A stretch of 57,278 nt of DNA, filler included, from Sphacelaria rigidula (taxonomy: Eukaryota): the NCBI GenBank assembly GCA_964200075.2. It is 8 parts of 8 records of this genome, joined end to end, with 100 filler letters (N's around TTAATTAATTAA, not from the genome) between each part and the next. Parts side by side here need not be neighbours in the genome. Positions count along the whole stretch, not along the records: positions 28,691 to 35,762 come from CAXNAA020016635.1; positions 35,863 to 42,934 come from CAXNAA020016636.1; positions 43,035 to 50,106 come from CAXNAA020016637.1; 5 more parts are not named here. One strand, written 5' to 3'. Positions within the stretch are counted from its first letter, which is position 1. Each line of letters starts with the position of its first letter. Of the stretch, positions 35,114 through 47,163 are shown piece after piece. The position numbers and the translations under genes are program-made. Under the pieces are notes generated by a model. It was not told the origin of the DNA. It made no database searches and saw only the letters and a program-made list of their open reading frames with translations.

Positions 35114-35322
35114 GACTGCTGCCGAGATAGCCCCCCCCAAAACCGGCCGAAAACGTGCACGGAGGCGATGATTATAACTGCCGTTAAAGTTGGTTTCGTG
35201 CTGTACGATGCGACCGATTTGGGCGTTATAGCTGATTTCGGACTGCCCAATTGTGGGATCGCAGCCGGTTCGTTGGATGGTGCCGGTGCACTTTTTGTGG
35301 GGGGGCTATCTCGGCATTAGTC
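35114..35322 (+). mobile_element. GACT-MITE copy 2 (internal ~40-bp deletion), inserted downstream of the retroelement protease
   Basis: Same TIRs and body as 30009-30259. No clean 4-bp flanking duplication. Confidence 0.85.
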
Positions 35323-35671
35323 TGTTCTCGACCCACGATCACTAATTTTGTCTCTCTTTCGAGCGATCATGACCAAAAAAGTCGTAGGTTGGGTGATTCG
35401 AACTGGCGATGATCCGTCCGACCCATGGGAGCTAGCAGGCTAGGCCCTCATCATTGCAGCGGAGACACCGGGCAGGAGATCAGGACTGCGGAAAGCCGGA
35501 ACCGTGCTCTTCCACAGTAATCCAGATACTGCACGGTTGTTGTTGTCCATGTTGTTGTTGTCGTTTTTCTCTCCACATCAATTTTTGCGCGGTACCTTCT
35601 GACTCCCGTTCTGGGCATCTGATGCGGGCGCCTCCCGTGACCACAGGCTAAGTGAATACCCCCAAATAAGG

Positions 35672-35762
35672 TACGAGCTGGGCCAGCCTAATAACGGATT
35701 TAAGCTCTAAAAGCAATATCTCATCGATGCAGACAAGTTGGGCCGTGATCCGCATATCGTAT
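35672..35762 (+). mobile_element. DNA transposon end (TACGAGCTGGGCCAGCCTA family), cut by contig end
   Basis: Close reverse-complement match to 44253-44342. Confidence 0.7.
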
Positions 35763-35862
35763 NNNNNNNNNNNNNNNNNNNNNNNNNNNNNNNNNNNNNN
35801 NNNNNNTTAATTAATTAANNNNNNNNNNNNNNNNNNNNNNNNNNNNNNNNNNNNNNNNNNNN
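35763..35862. other. Artificial contig linker
   Basis: N44-TTAATTAATTAA-N44. Confidence 0.97.
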
Positions 35863-36224
35863 CGCAATGGACGGCTTGCGGTTCTCAGGGGGGGGGGGGG
35901 GGGTGTGGGGTGGGGGGGGGGGGGGGGGGGGGGGGGGGGGAAGTATGTTGCGCCGTTTTCTGCGACGAAATTCCAATTCAATCGCCGTTGAAAGTAGCCA
36001 ACAGTTGCTCGAACGCGCCTTCTCCTGATGACATAGTACTCATTCATACTGCGCTGCGTCGCCTTTACCCCAATACAAGCGCACCGCGAGTGTTTTAGGT
36101 CGTTTCACGCATCTACGAGCGTATTTTTTTCGTGGTATCGAACATTCTCCCCCTCCCCCCCCCCTCTATCGCAGCACACACGCGGCCGTTTGGCTCCCCC
36201 CCCCCAAAACTCTGTTCGGGTTAA

Positions 36225-36800
36225 CGGTTCGAATTCAACGCCTCTAGAGGGCGCGCGAGCCTCCAGAGGGGTGGGATCGAACGCCTCCGGAAGCTTGTTT
36301 TGCCTCTGGGGGGCTGCGCACCCTCTGGAGGAACTTGGAGGATGCGCAGCCCTCCAGATCATCATCTTTTGTGTTACTCTCGAGAGATTCATACTTCTCA
36401 AGTTACTGGAGCATCAGCTGCCCTCCAGAGGATTCGTTTCATGACTCGAACTCCGTATGAAATTCCCTCTAGCGGGTACATTTATCCTCCGGAGGGTCAC
36501 TCTACCCTCGAGAGGATGAATCGCGATAGAGGGTCTTTCATGCGGGTAGCCGAATGGCCACGTGTGCACGGCTTCGTTATCAACTGCATGGTCACCACTT
36601 TGAAGAAGCAATCGGTCAGCCCTTTAGAGCACCATCTCTCTCTCTCTCGAGGGATTTAGACCTCAAAAGTCACTAGAGCATCAGATGCCCTCCAAAGGAT
36701 TCGTTCCGTGACCCGAACTCCGTATGAAACTCCCTCTAGAGAGGGCAAATTCATCCTGCGGAGGGTCACTTTATCCTCGGGAGGATTAATCGCGATGAAC
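36225..36800. repeat. Interspersed repeat rich in CCCTCYAGAGGG-type palindromic motifs, with an internal ~267-bp duplication
   Basis: ~36380-36530 is repeated at ~36648-36797. A related reverse-complement copy lies at 42726-42934 in the same contig. Confidence 0.65.
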
Positions 36801-36877
36801 AAGGTGAGATTGAGAGCTGGGTGCGGATCGAGAGTGGCTTCGATCATTCGCTTTAACTTGACCAATTTTTCATTCCG

Positions 36878-37127
36878 GACTAATTCCGAGATAGCCCCCC
36901 AACAAGGAGTGCACCAGCACCATCCAACGAACCGGCTGCGATCCCACTATCGGGCTCGTTTGCAGCAATTTCGCCCACATGAGAGGCGTGTAGCAGTCCG
37001 AAATCAGCTGTAACGCCCAAATCAGTCGCGTCGGGCAGCACGAAACCAGCTTTAACGGCAGTTATGATCATCGCTTCCGTGCACGTTTTCGACCGGTTTG
37101 GGGGGGGGGGCTATCTCGGCAGCAGTC
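36878..37127 (-). mobile_element. GACT-MITE copy 3 (inverted)
   Basis: Reverse complement of 30009-30259, with TCCG on both flanks (36874-36877 and 37128-37131). Confidence 0.85.
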
Positions 37128-38217
37128 TCCGTTTGTGCTTTTTGTCGTCCCATCACTGCCATGTGCTTACAGCCAAAGATTGATATCCTGCTCAGGGGTA
37201 TCGAGGGCCTCAGTGGCAAGCTACTACAGAGAGAATATTGGGCCTGGTGGAGGTGAATTTCGGAACTGGAACGGCTTCTTCACTAATCGACCGCTTTTCA
37301 CTCTCAATCGCACCTCCAACTCTCAATTTCACGAAAACGTTGTTGACAGAGGATGCTCATGGGAGTAGCCGTATGGCCACGTGTGCATGACTGTTATCAA
37401 CTGCATGACCATCACTTTGAAGGAGCAACCGGGCAGTGGCGGTGACAAAAAGTTGGCTTCATCCTCCTCGAGCGACACAAGTTTGTGTTCGCTAGCCATA
37501 ATATTGTTGCTCATGTCTCTCGCTCTCTGCCCTCATCATGTCTTCCTGCCTAGGAAGGCGCCTGTGAGTGAATTTGGTGCCGACTATTTTCCCCGAGTTT
37601 CGGACTTTTCCCATTTCTTCTCCACGATTTTTCCATCTTTTTTCATGATCTCCAAACTGAAATACTCCTTGTTTTCGCCAATCCGTATGGTATACCGGGG
37701 AACCTAGGCTGGGAGGGTGCACACGGTGTCGCGGGCAACGTGTACGCCGAAAACAGCTCACATCGGTACCCTCGGCGCCGATTTGAGCTCACAAACCCGT
37801 CCTGCGCACGCTCGAGGACGCCGACGACCATCAATCCCCGAAATATCCGAATGTGAAAGCGATTTCTCAGACAGGTCAGGCATTCGATCAATTCAAGAAG
37901 GATCGAAGATTTCTCCGAAGGTATGGCGCTAGAGTTGATTTTCAGCACTCTGTGCCCAACTAAAAAATAGGAAATCCGGTAAAAATCCGAAAACGTACCT
38001 CGTCGACAACACCCTGAGGTATGCGTTCCACATGTTTGTTTGACATGTTTGTTTGAAGAAAAGACCTCATCGCAGGTCGAAATACACGATTGTGACCCTC
38101 TATTGCAATGAATACGTCAAAATGACCAAAATTGTCGTTGTTTCCCCCAAAACGATTGAAATTGATGTGGTCGAGCAAAAATACCGAAGAGTCACAACCT
38201 GGGGCTAAGGTTGCGGG

Positions 38218-38428
38218 TGTAATGCGTGAGAGGACCGCGTGCTTAGAGGACCGTATCGGAATTTGAACACCTCTACAGTCAGGGTTAGGGTTAGGATTGG
38301 TGTTGGGGTTAGGGTCAGGGGTGTGGTACCTGCAAGGACTGACCCGATTGGTTGTGGAAAACGTCGATCCTGAGGTATTTTGAACTACGGCGGGGTCCTC
38401 TAAGCACGCGGTCCTCTCACGCATTACA
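38218..38428. mobile_element. 211-bp MITE with perfect 35-bp TIRs, TGT...ACA ends (Ginger-like) and an internal TTAGGG-like tract
   Basis: TGTAATGCGTGAGAGGACCGCGTGCTTAGAGGACC (38218-38252) and its exact reverse complement (38394-38428). GCGGG lies on both flanks. AGGGTTAGGGTTAGG...GGGGTTAGGGTCAGGG at 38281-38320. Confidence 0.9.
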
Positions 38429-40520
38429 GCGGGGCTCTCAACCACCGATCTGCTCGTGAGCCGCTCGTGATTGATTGCCGATGGAATTTTTGTGGAATGT
38501 GGAGCGACTACGAAATCTCCTCACCATCAAAACTTCGGGATCAAACGTTCCCTGTGATGGTGCGGGTGGCAAGCGCGAAAACTGGGAAACAAGCTCGTAC
38601 GAAGATTACGAAATCGCTTAGGACAACAGATCAAGACTAGTATATCACATCTACCATGTTTGTGAACTCACGTTTCAAGTTCACCAGTTATTGATACAAC
38701 CCAACCCCCCCGCACAATACACACTCGCAACGTCTGCGGGTTGAGGTATGAATGTGCGCGAGAATTGTACTGCACGGTACCTTGCGGCCACGAGAGCTGA
38801 GGTCGCGATGCGTAAGTGCCGGGTCAAAGTCCTCCCCATTGGTGATGCCATGCTCCCCACCTGAAAGCACGAAGGGGCGAGAGGACACGAGTAATAAAGA
38901 CGGCCAAGGAGTTGGGTGAATGGATGATAGCACGAGCGTGAAACGCGGTGGGGATGAGGCACTCGATGTTGCTGTTCCAACAGACACATGGTGCGTGTAT
39001 CATTAGCATGTACCGATGTATTTAAACAATGTTCGCTATCCCGCCCAAGGTGTGCTGGCTGAGCGGTCTGATCCCATAAAACCCTGGCGCCAAATACATC
39101 AATGTCGTATCCGTCGGGTGGGGCACGTCTCTCGTTTTTTCAGGTAAAAATATTTGAGATTGTCGGCATCGCCAGGTGACGCCCGTTAATAGAGGTGTCT
39201 CAATTCGAGATCCCCGGCATTTTTTATACTAGTAGTAGAGCCAGCTCAAACTTGAGGTTCCCCGTATACTTGACTGAAGGTGTTCGACTGTACGCTACTA
39301 CTGTGAAACATACTAGAAACTTCAAGTCCGAGATACCTTCTGTGAAGGAAAGTTGTTCACCGTGCAGCTCGCAGTAGCGAAACGCACAGTAATGATAAAG
39401 ATGCTAGTGCCAGCAAGGAGGTGCAGTGCAAGCCCACGTGGCGTCAATAAAATACAATACTTGTAGGGACTCGTACTCTACATGCATGTTGGGCCGTGTC
39501 ATCACCACCGCTCGGAATGAATCCCGCTCGGCACTACTCGCACTACCAACCTTCCGGTCCAACTGCAACGGTGCGTGCCGATGCCAGCATCAGCAGAAAG
39601 AAGGTCGCTGCCTCGCCTCTGATCTTCATTATCGCCCTTGCTCTCGAGAAGTAGCACTGCTGTAGCAGGTAGGAGGGGTGTAACCTCTGTGGTGCACTGG
39701 GCCGGGAGGAGATTGATGGATAGTCTGGTGGAAAGAGAGAAGTAGGGGTTGTTGTGTGAGAGGGATGGGTGCGGCACACGAGTGAGGCAGATTTAATGTA
39801 GAATAATTCAGACGGCACATTGCGGAATGATACATCTTGCATGTCTCTCCGCTTCTTCTCACATGTGCATGTCGGGGTATATTGGCGTATAGTTTAGTGC
39901 AGGTCTGATACCCGCACTGGGGCATGCAGGGAGGGGCAATACCAGAAGATATCCAAGGTGACTGGTGAAAACAAACGATCTTGACCGTAGTAAACGGTTT
40001 TTGACTCACCAAGGAAGTAAAACAGCAACATTTTCCACGTGCCTTCCGTTATGCGCCAGCGATTCCCCACTCCGGGTTTTAAATCGCAGATACCCAAACC
40101 AGCGTGGGAAATGGCCCGCAATATACTGTGCCAAATTAGACCGCCCCTGATTCCCACATCGAGATTGTTCCGGGGGAACCGTTAAACCGTTTTTCTGAGT
40201 CTCGTTCATGTGCAGATATTAGACCGCAACAACCATAAGTAGCATGTGATGACATAAAATAAAAAACTGAAGTTCCTGTGCGCAGTGCAACTGCATGATG
40301 AGCAGCAGTGCAGTGCATACACGAAGCCGACCTATACATGCACCAACGCAATACCGCGCTTGGTATATATATGGATGATGGAGTTGAATCTCCCCGAGTC
40401 GTCGCGTAATTCTGTCTGATGTGCCCAAGACCTTCCTTGTCTGTGGGGTCGAAAAACGAGGCGACTGCAAGTTTCGTTGGTCGTATATATGGTTGATGTT
40501 TTGAAACAAACTATCACGCT

Positions 40521-40584
40521 GACCCTAACCCTAACCCTAACCCCGACCCAAGGGGTACGAGAACCTCGGGCAAGGGGGGTACAT
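40521..40584. repeat. Interstitial (CCCTAA)3 tract within a MITE-like end
   Basis: GACCCTAACCCTAACCCTAACCCCGACCC...CCTCGGGCAAGGGGGGTACA, same layout as 19481-19554. Confidence 0.55.
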
Positions 40585-41242
40585 ACGTTTCCCTAAACAG
40601 GTGGCCACTGGGGTGCCTGCAACCTCAAAATCGGACGGTACAGACGTTGCACAAGGTCTGTAACGTGTAAATTTGACCCAAAATTGAGGTAACAAGCACC
40701 CCAGTGGCCACCCGTGCAGGCGTAGTGTGCGTTGGCAGACCTAAAACCGACGCCGCAGTTCTGGACGAGCTGGGTCCACTGCTCACCTGCCCCAAACCAT
40801 ATTTTTTTCAGAACTTTCTCCACTTTAAAATGAAGTAGCTATACTGTCAACCATATATATACGACCAACGCTCTAGGTCTACTGAAAATCTCGGTTTTGG
40901 CAACGGTGCTGGTCTGCGGGGCTGCCTTTTTTCTACGACTGTTCAGTGGAAGGGATTTTGGCGTGGTACGTTTCGGGGTAACCCCACGGTCGGACATGCT
41001 CTGAACAACTTTGCACATGAATATACGCGCGGGTTTTCGTCTTGAAATGGATGATGAAACAGGAAGTACAATGATGTTGTCTACTTGATTATCGGAGTCT
41101 ACTTTTTAAGTCTGAATAAACCCTGAGGTTGCCTGTGCGGAGCGTAGCCTGATCGCTAGCGTAAGGGCTGAATCTCGTACTCGGCGCTGGGGTCTATGTG
41201 TAAGAAAAGGTTGTGGGACCCCTGTTGTTGAATTGATTCCCT

Positions 41243-42728
41243 TGTTGATAAATGTACACTATAACCTCCACCCAAAACGTAAAAACCCAGAAACGTGCAC
41301 TGCCGAAAAGGGGCGTGGTCGATCATGAAAACCCACTCATCATGTAGAAAAAACAACACGTCAGAGCTTGATTCCTTGGCCACGCGATTGGGCGTGTGCC
41401 TCTCAGCAAATTCTTGCTGCAACCAAAAAATCGGGTATACCTTTAATAACATAACTGCATCTCATTACTTGTCATTCACCCATAGGTCATGGTCCAATCA
41501 CAATATCCATTTCCCTCGCATCCAGGCCTGCTTACCTGTATCAATCATTGAGTGCGAGTATATTCGATCAGCCCTCCTACTCACGGCTCAACTCTACTCT
41601 ATTCTCAAGCTCATACTCTCCTATTCGATTAGCCCTCCTACACACAGCCCAATTCTACTCATGTCTCAAACCCTACTAGGCAGACAATATTCAATGCTAT
41701 ATTACCAAGCATAAAAAATTCGTCCCACATCTACTTAGCAAACTGAAATGCCTTCCTTCAGTCCTTCTCCTCAATACGTCATGACATACTCATGCTATTC
41801 ATCCATCCCACCACGCCTTTCAGTACTCAAAAATAATTCGAATTCAAAAACTTAAATCATCGCAAACCAAAATGTAAAAAAATCCCAGAGATATATTCGA
41901 CAAGAATCGAACAATTCATCAACCAGACGCAAAGTCGAAAACCAGTCCAGTTTCCGATATTTGCCAGGGCAACTTTTGTGGCACCCAATGCTCATTATTA
42001 CCGAAAACCATTGAAAAAATATCGTGTACAACAAAAAATCAAATTCGATCGTACCCGTCGAAGATCGAAATCCAACACCAAAAACCATTGAAAAATATTG
42101 TCTGCAACGAAAAATCAAATCCGGTCGAACCCGTCGAAGACCGAAATCCAACACCAAAAACCATTCAAAAATATTTTGTCTGCAACAAAAAATCAAGTCC
42201 GGTCGTACCCGCCGAAGATAGAATAATTCATTGCAAAATTGAAAATATTGCAACCATGGCCTCGTACCCCTACTTTTCCGGGGTGGATAAATGTCCCCGA
42301 AAACAAATCAAACCAGCTCAAACCAAACCAATTTACCAGTGTCTTGCAGACTCTACATGATGTTCATGACAATATTACGGTGAAACGCAAAAGACTCTGT
42401 CGGCAACACTTTAGTGAGGAAATCTGCATGTTGATACTCCGATCTCACGTGAATAACCGAAACCTCTTTCCTCCCAACCAATTCCCTGATAAAATGATGT
42501 CGTACGTCAATGTGCTTGGAGTTGGAGTTTGTGATTGGGTTCTTTGCCAACTGAATAGCTCCCTGATTATCCTCAAACACCGGGATGTATGGCATTCCCA
42601 TCTGCGGCAACATGAAACGCCAAACCTGTCTCAAAAACAATACCTCCTTCAGAATATCTGTCATCGCAGCGTACTCTGCTTCCGTTGTGGACAGCGTCAC
42701 ACACTCCTGAGTCCTCGAAAACCACACA
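41243..42728 (-). mobile_element. Ty1/Copia LTR retrotransposon 3' part: RNase H, 3'UTR tandem repeats, PPT, probable 3' LTR
   Basis: WFSRTQECVTLSTTEAEY...VFEDNQGAI..AKNP....SKHIDVRHHFIRE...QHADFLTK* (42728-42353) is canonical copia RNase H. Three ~76-bp repeats at ~42004-42218. Purine tract GAGTAGGAGGG at ~41582-41572, then TG(41570)...CA(41243) as candidate LTR. Confidence 0.88.
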
Positions 42729-42934
42729 CGCGGCCATTCGGCTCCTGTTTGGAAATCCTCTATCGTGATTTTCATTCTCTGGAGGGTAAATGACCCTGTG
42801 GAGGATAAAATACCCTCTAAAGGTGTTCCATCCCTGTGGAATGGATATAAGCGAATCCTCTGGAGCGCATCTGATGCTCCAGTGACTTCTGAGGTCTGAA
42901 TACCCTCTAGAGGTGTTTCATCCCTCTGGAATGG
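42726..42934. repeat. CCCTCYAGAGGG-family repeat fused to the copia RNase H
   Basis: Reverse complement matches ~36645-36800 and ~36520-36565. Confidence 0.6.
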
Positions 42935-43034
42935 NNNNNNNNNNNNNNNNNNNNNNNNNNNNNNNNNNNNNNNNNNNNTTAATTAATTAANNNNNNNNNN
43001 NNNNNNNNNNNNNNNNNNNNNNNNNNNNNNNNNN
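42935..43034. other. Artificial contig linker
   Basis: N44-TTAATTAATTAA-N44. Confidence 0.97.
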
Positions 43035-43325
43035 CCTTAGTCGTTTGACCATTGACCACGCATCTTCTTTGAGACGGAGCACCGTTCCTACTCCTAATAG
43101 ATACACCTCCAACATTTTTGCGCTCATTACGTTTCTTCAGCAGCTCACCACGTTTTTTCCATACATTACACAAAAACCTTTCACATATCTTATTCCCGTT
43201 CTGCTTCGCCGTCTCTGGCCACCATCTGTCTCCTAGTATAGATATCGTCTTCTCCCTACTGTCTCATGTATCAAACAATTGTATACCACCTTTGTTCACG
43301 TCCCGGATTTCGTCCTCTAGCACGT
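43035..43325 (-). mobile_element. LINE ORF2 C-terminal fragment (family A)
   Basis: Translates as VLEDEIRDVNKGG...KTISILGDRWWPETAKQ...RNGAPSQRRCVVNGQTTK and aligns with 54460-54728. Confidence 0.7.
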
Positions 43326-43349
43326 CCCGTTCCGTCCCGTTCGGGTAGG

Positions 43350-43420
43350 AGGGGGCGGGTACTCATTTGCTGCTTGCCTGAGTCGTTTGACCGTTGACCA
43401 CGCATCCCTTTCGAGACAGA
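43350..43420 (-). mobile_element. ~70-bp 5'-truncated LINE end (family A) with a 12-bp flanking direct repeat
   Basis: CGTTCGGGTAGG at 43338-43349 and 43428-43439 brackets the copy. Confidence 0.7.
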
Positions 43421-43929
43421 GGAAGAGCGTTCGGGTAGGGGGAGAAGGGGTTCATAGGTGTGCGGGTATTTGTTTTCTCGTCAACCCCCGACATCCCTTC
43501 AAATCGTAAGACAGTCGCGTACAGATCAGGACGCAAACGGCGGTAAAAGGCAAAGGAAAAGAGGACTACGGGGTCACAGTGTCTTTATCGCCCCCCATGC
43601 GGCACTGTGCTCACCTCCAGCTTGTAGCCGAAAGTCTGTGAAGCAGCCGTCATGTTATTTTCGGCCGTGTCTCCTGGACCCCGAACCAGCAATCCTCCCG
43701 GCGTAGTGTCCGTGGGCAGCGCGGATGGGAGCAGTGTCGGCCATATGTACACCTCGCCGCTGATATCATACTGCCGGCAAAGGTGACACATGAGCACACG
43801 CGAGGTCGGGGTCATTGGTGTCAGCTACATCTGGCACATCAGATATAAGCCGCGGGTGTTCAAATCCGATCCAGTACCTGCACATCGGCCAAAGCCGCGG
43901 AGTAAGGGCCGCGATACGTCGAGCGAGTA

Positions 43930-44342
43930 TTTGTTTTGTTTCACGTTGTTCCACTGGCTTAGGTCGTTCACTATGGTGAAGACCATTTTTTCACTAGAAC
44001 GCCCTAACCTCTACGAAAAACAAAAATGAAGGCCCTTTTTGTTTTTCATTCGGCACTTCTCTGTGGTTTCTCACACCAAAAATGTTCGCCATCCGCTAAG
44101 TGCATCGATCGGGAGTTTCATTGAGATTCTCGTATTATTGGCGCTATCTCCCTTAGGTATAGGAATTACTAGACATGGAGTTCAATCAACGAGAAAAATA
44201 TGGGCCAAAACGTTTGAGCAGACGGGCACCTTGCCCTTGATTAGACGATTGGTACGATATGCGGATCACGGCCCCACTCGTCTGTGTCGATGCGATATTG
44301 CTATTAGAGCTTAAACCCGTTTTTAGGCTGGCCCAGCTCGTA
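43930..44342. mobile_element. Non-autonomous DNA transposon piece ending ...CCAGCTCGTA
   Basis: Terminus shared with 35672 and 21924. The internal part 43945-44075 matches 45836-45975. Confidence 0.65.
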
Positions 44343-44461
44343 CAGCAGTAGTATCGGCGGTTGGGCTCGGGATTGATTCAGTCATATATCCCGCAACGTT
44401 TGCGGTCGACCGTCTCACGATGTCCTCCGACCTACTCGAGCACGCCACTCAGGCCGCTTTT

Positions 44462-44660
44462 TACGAGCTCGGCCAGCCTGGAGGCGGAGTTGAAGTTTGC
44501 AGGCCCATGCTCCCGCCAATATCTAGAGTTGGACCCTGGAATTTGGTATTTACCATGAAAAGCGCTTGAAAAAAAACTGACCCCGGTACCAAGAGGGCAC
44601 AAATACACAAATCCTGGACCCACACCCCCATTTTTTGTATTTTCGACCTTCTGAGGGGGA
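44462..44660. mobile_element. DNA transposon left end TACGAGCTCGGCCAGCCT...
   Basis: Terminal motif, then GGCCCATGCTCCCGCCAATAT..GAGTTGGACCCTG.AATTTGGTAT, shared with 49912-49960 and inverted at 45645-45692. TA-CGAG ends resemble Tc1/mariner termini. Confidence 0.6.
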
Positions 44661-45559
44661 GGGGGGGGTTCGCCCACACTATTTTCTGTATATATATCAA
44701 GTCAGCACTCATTCCTAAACACACCAAGTACATTAACCCTAACCTGACGTTGAATACGGTACGGAGTCATTGGTCAGAGTCAAGGACAGCACGATGATAG
44801 AAGAGCAGCAAATGGTGTTTGCTGCCCCGGCCCAGATGGGTATCGAGAAATACTTCGCTTCGTATCTCGAGCTGGCGGTTCTCTTGCTTCACCCTGGATG
44901 CTTACTGTCCCTACTGAGTGCTCTGTACTCTTACAATCACATCGGGTTCATCCATAACCCTAGCTCCTGCCGTAGGTTCAACTGATGATACAACTCGGTG
45001 GTGTGCCTATGCACTCGACTGTTTGTTTTCACATGAACGCTCGCTCATGATTGGTGCACAACTAAGGGAATGACCCCTACTTGCAGCACTATCGCGACGG
45101 TACGACTTGAGTGTCGTGCCAGATTTCAACTCCAAGGCCCTACTAGCACCTGCCGGCATTAATGTGCCTGCAGACTGGTTGACACCTCGATCTATACGGA
45201 GGTGTGGATCCTTGCTAAAAACCAAGACCAAGCTTTTGTCTTTTTGTTCTTGTATAAAAAGAGTCATCACTTGGATCACAAGGAGGGACAAATGCAGCAG
45301 CACACACCTACAAACAGCAATACAAGGGTCGGTAAAGAGGCGCCAACGCACAAACGGCACACATGAATCGTTTGGACAACGCCTTCCTCATCTACTGACG
45401 TCAACAAGGCCCCGAAACACCCATTTCATTTGGAATTTTATTTTCTCATTTTTTGCCTGACGAGGGGGGGGGGAAAGGGGGGGTCAATGAATTGTTTTTG
45501 TGCCCTCCTGTCGGTACCAAAAGTTTTTTTTCATTTGTTGAACGCATTTTACTGATACC

Positions 45560-46192
45560 TAAATACTGATTATTACTCTGGACGGTTGAAAAAAGAACTA
45601 TTTTGGCACCGAGGTTATTTTTTTTCATGCCCCATTCGTTGTGCATACCAAATTTCAGGATCCAACTCTAAATATTGGCGGGAGCATGGGCCTCAAAATA
45701 ACAGGATCGGTCGATATTCGGAGCAGTATTCTGGAGGCCACTCGCCGGCCGACGTTTGGTTTTCGTGTGTTGAAATGTTGCGTGGGCGCTCTCCAAGGCA
45801 AAATCAACAGAACAAAGCAGGTCAATTTTCAAATTATTGTTTTCACTGGTTTAGGGCGTTTTAGTATGGTGAAGACCATTTCTTCACGAGAACAACCTGA
45901 CCTCTACGAAAAAAACTTGAAACTGAAGGCCCACTTGTTTTTTTATTCGCAACATTTTTTTGGTTCTCCGTGCCAAGTTTTAAATCACAATTCTAAAAAT
46001 TGTGCCAAAACATCGAGATAAGGCCTAAGAGCAACGTTTTTTTCTCCCCAAAACTCCACTAAAAACACGAAAAAAAATGGAAAAATGAAGATAGAAAGCT
46101 CTATCGAGTTTTTCCCATGCCTGAAGTCATCGGGACAGGGGGCAAGGAGCAGAGGCAGATATTTTACGAACCCCGCAAAGCCCACCAGATTT
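45560..46192 (+). repeat. ~630-bp repeat block, inverted partner of 49411-50041
   Basis: Continuous reverse-complement similarity, also visible as paired pseudo-ORFs 45641-46021(+) / 49616-49984(-) and 45985-46185(-) / 49311-49613(+). Confidence 0.85.
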
Positions 46193-46286
46193 TTCGGATT
46201 TTGTCAGTGTTCATTGATCAATTTCTCGCAAGAAAGCTGACAAAAAAAATCATGACATTTTCATCATGTCCTCTGGGGGGGGGCGG

Positions 46287-46347
46287 TGTACTCATCTGTT
46301 GCTTGCCTGAGCCGTTTGACCGTTGACTACGCATCCCTTTCGAGACC
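46287..46347 (-). mobile_element. ~60-bp LINE end (family A) between two G tracts
   Basis: GGGGGGGGCGG lies on both sides (46276-46286 and 46348-46358). Confidence 0.7.
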
Positions 46348-46424
46348 GGGGGGGGCGGGGGGGGGCTAGGTGTCCGAAACATTTCTCCGCGCTGCCCCCT
46401 GGTTACACACAAATATATTACACA

Positions 46425-47163
46425 AGTATACCACCGCAAAAAGTATATCCACCTAATAGGTGGATCCTTATTTCCACCATGACCTTTTATCATGACCGAT
46501 CCCGCGTTGTTTTTTTTAATTCGAGAGTCCACATTTTTTTAATCATCTGCCCGTTACCAATGTTTTCAAACAAACTGGGTTCGGGTTACGAGCAAAATCA
46601 GAGCCAAGGTTTTGAATTTGAGCACCACTAGTAGCTTGCCACTGAGGCCCTTGATATCCCTGACTAGGATATTGACGTGTAGATATAAACACACGCCAGT
46701 GATGGAGGCGAAGAAAAGCACACACAGAATGAAAAAATGGCGAAGTTACAGCGAATTATCAAAGCCACTCTCAATCAGCGAGCACAGTAGGCAGCTGTGC
46801 TTTGCCAATACAGCACAGTACTATACCATCTTCACTGTAGGGTTCGAGGTCACATGCACGTGCACGCCCATGACAGTGGATGCAGATGCAGAGGATATGA
46901 CTATTGACTACTGCTTGCACTACGATACTACACGTGAAGGCTTCACTTTGTTTACTGTGTGTGTTTCTGCTGTGTACTACTGCCTGCACTCCGGTACTAC
47001 GCGTGAAGGCTTTACTTTGTTTGAAAACATCGATAACGGGAAGCTGATTAAAAAAATGTGGGCTCACGAATCAAAACAAACCACGCGGGATCGGTCATGA
47101 CAAAAGATCACGGTGGAAATAAGGATCCACCTATATAGTTTGATATACGTTTTGCGAGTATAC
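46425..47163. mobile_element. Foldback/MITE-like element with ~120-150-bp inverted arms
   Basis: 46457-46574 (ATAGGTGGATCCTTATTTCCACC...TTTTCAAACAAA) is the imperfect reverse complement of 47016-47133. A 69-bp internal duplication lies at ~46906-47022. Confidence 0.7.

Noticed and set aside
40521..40545. True telomere
   Set aside because: Only three units, internal to a contig and embedded in a MITE-like repeat.
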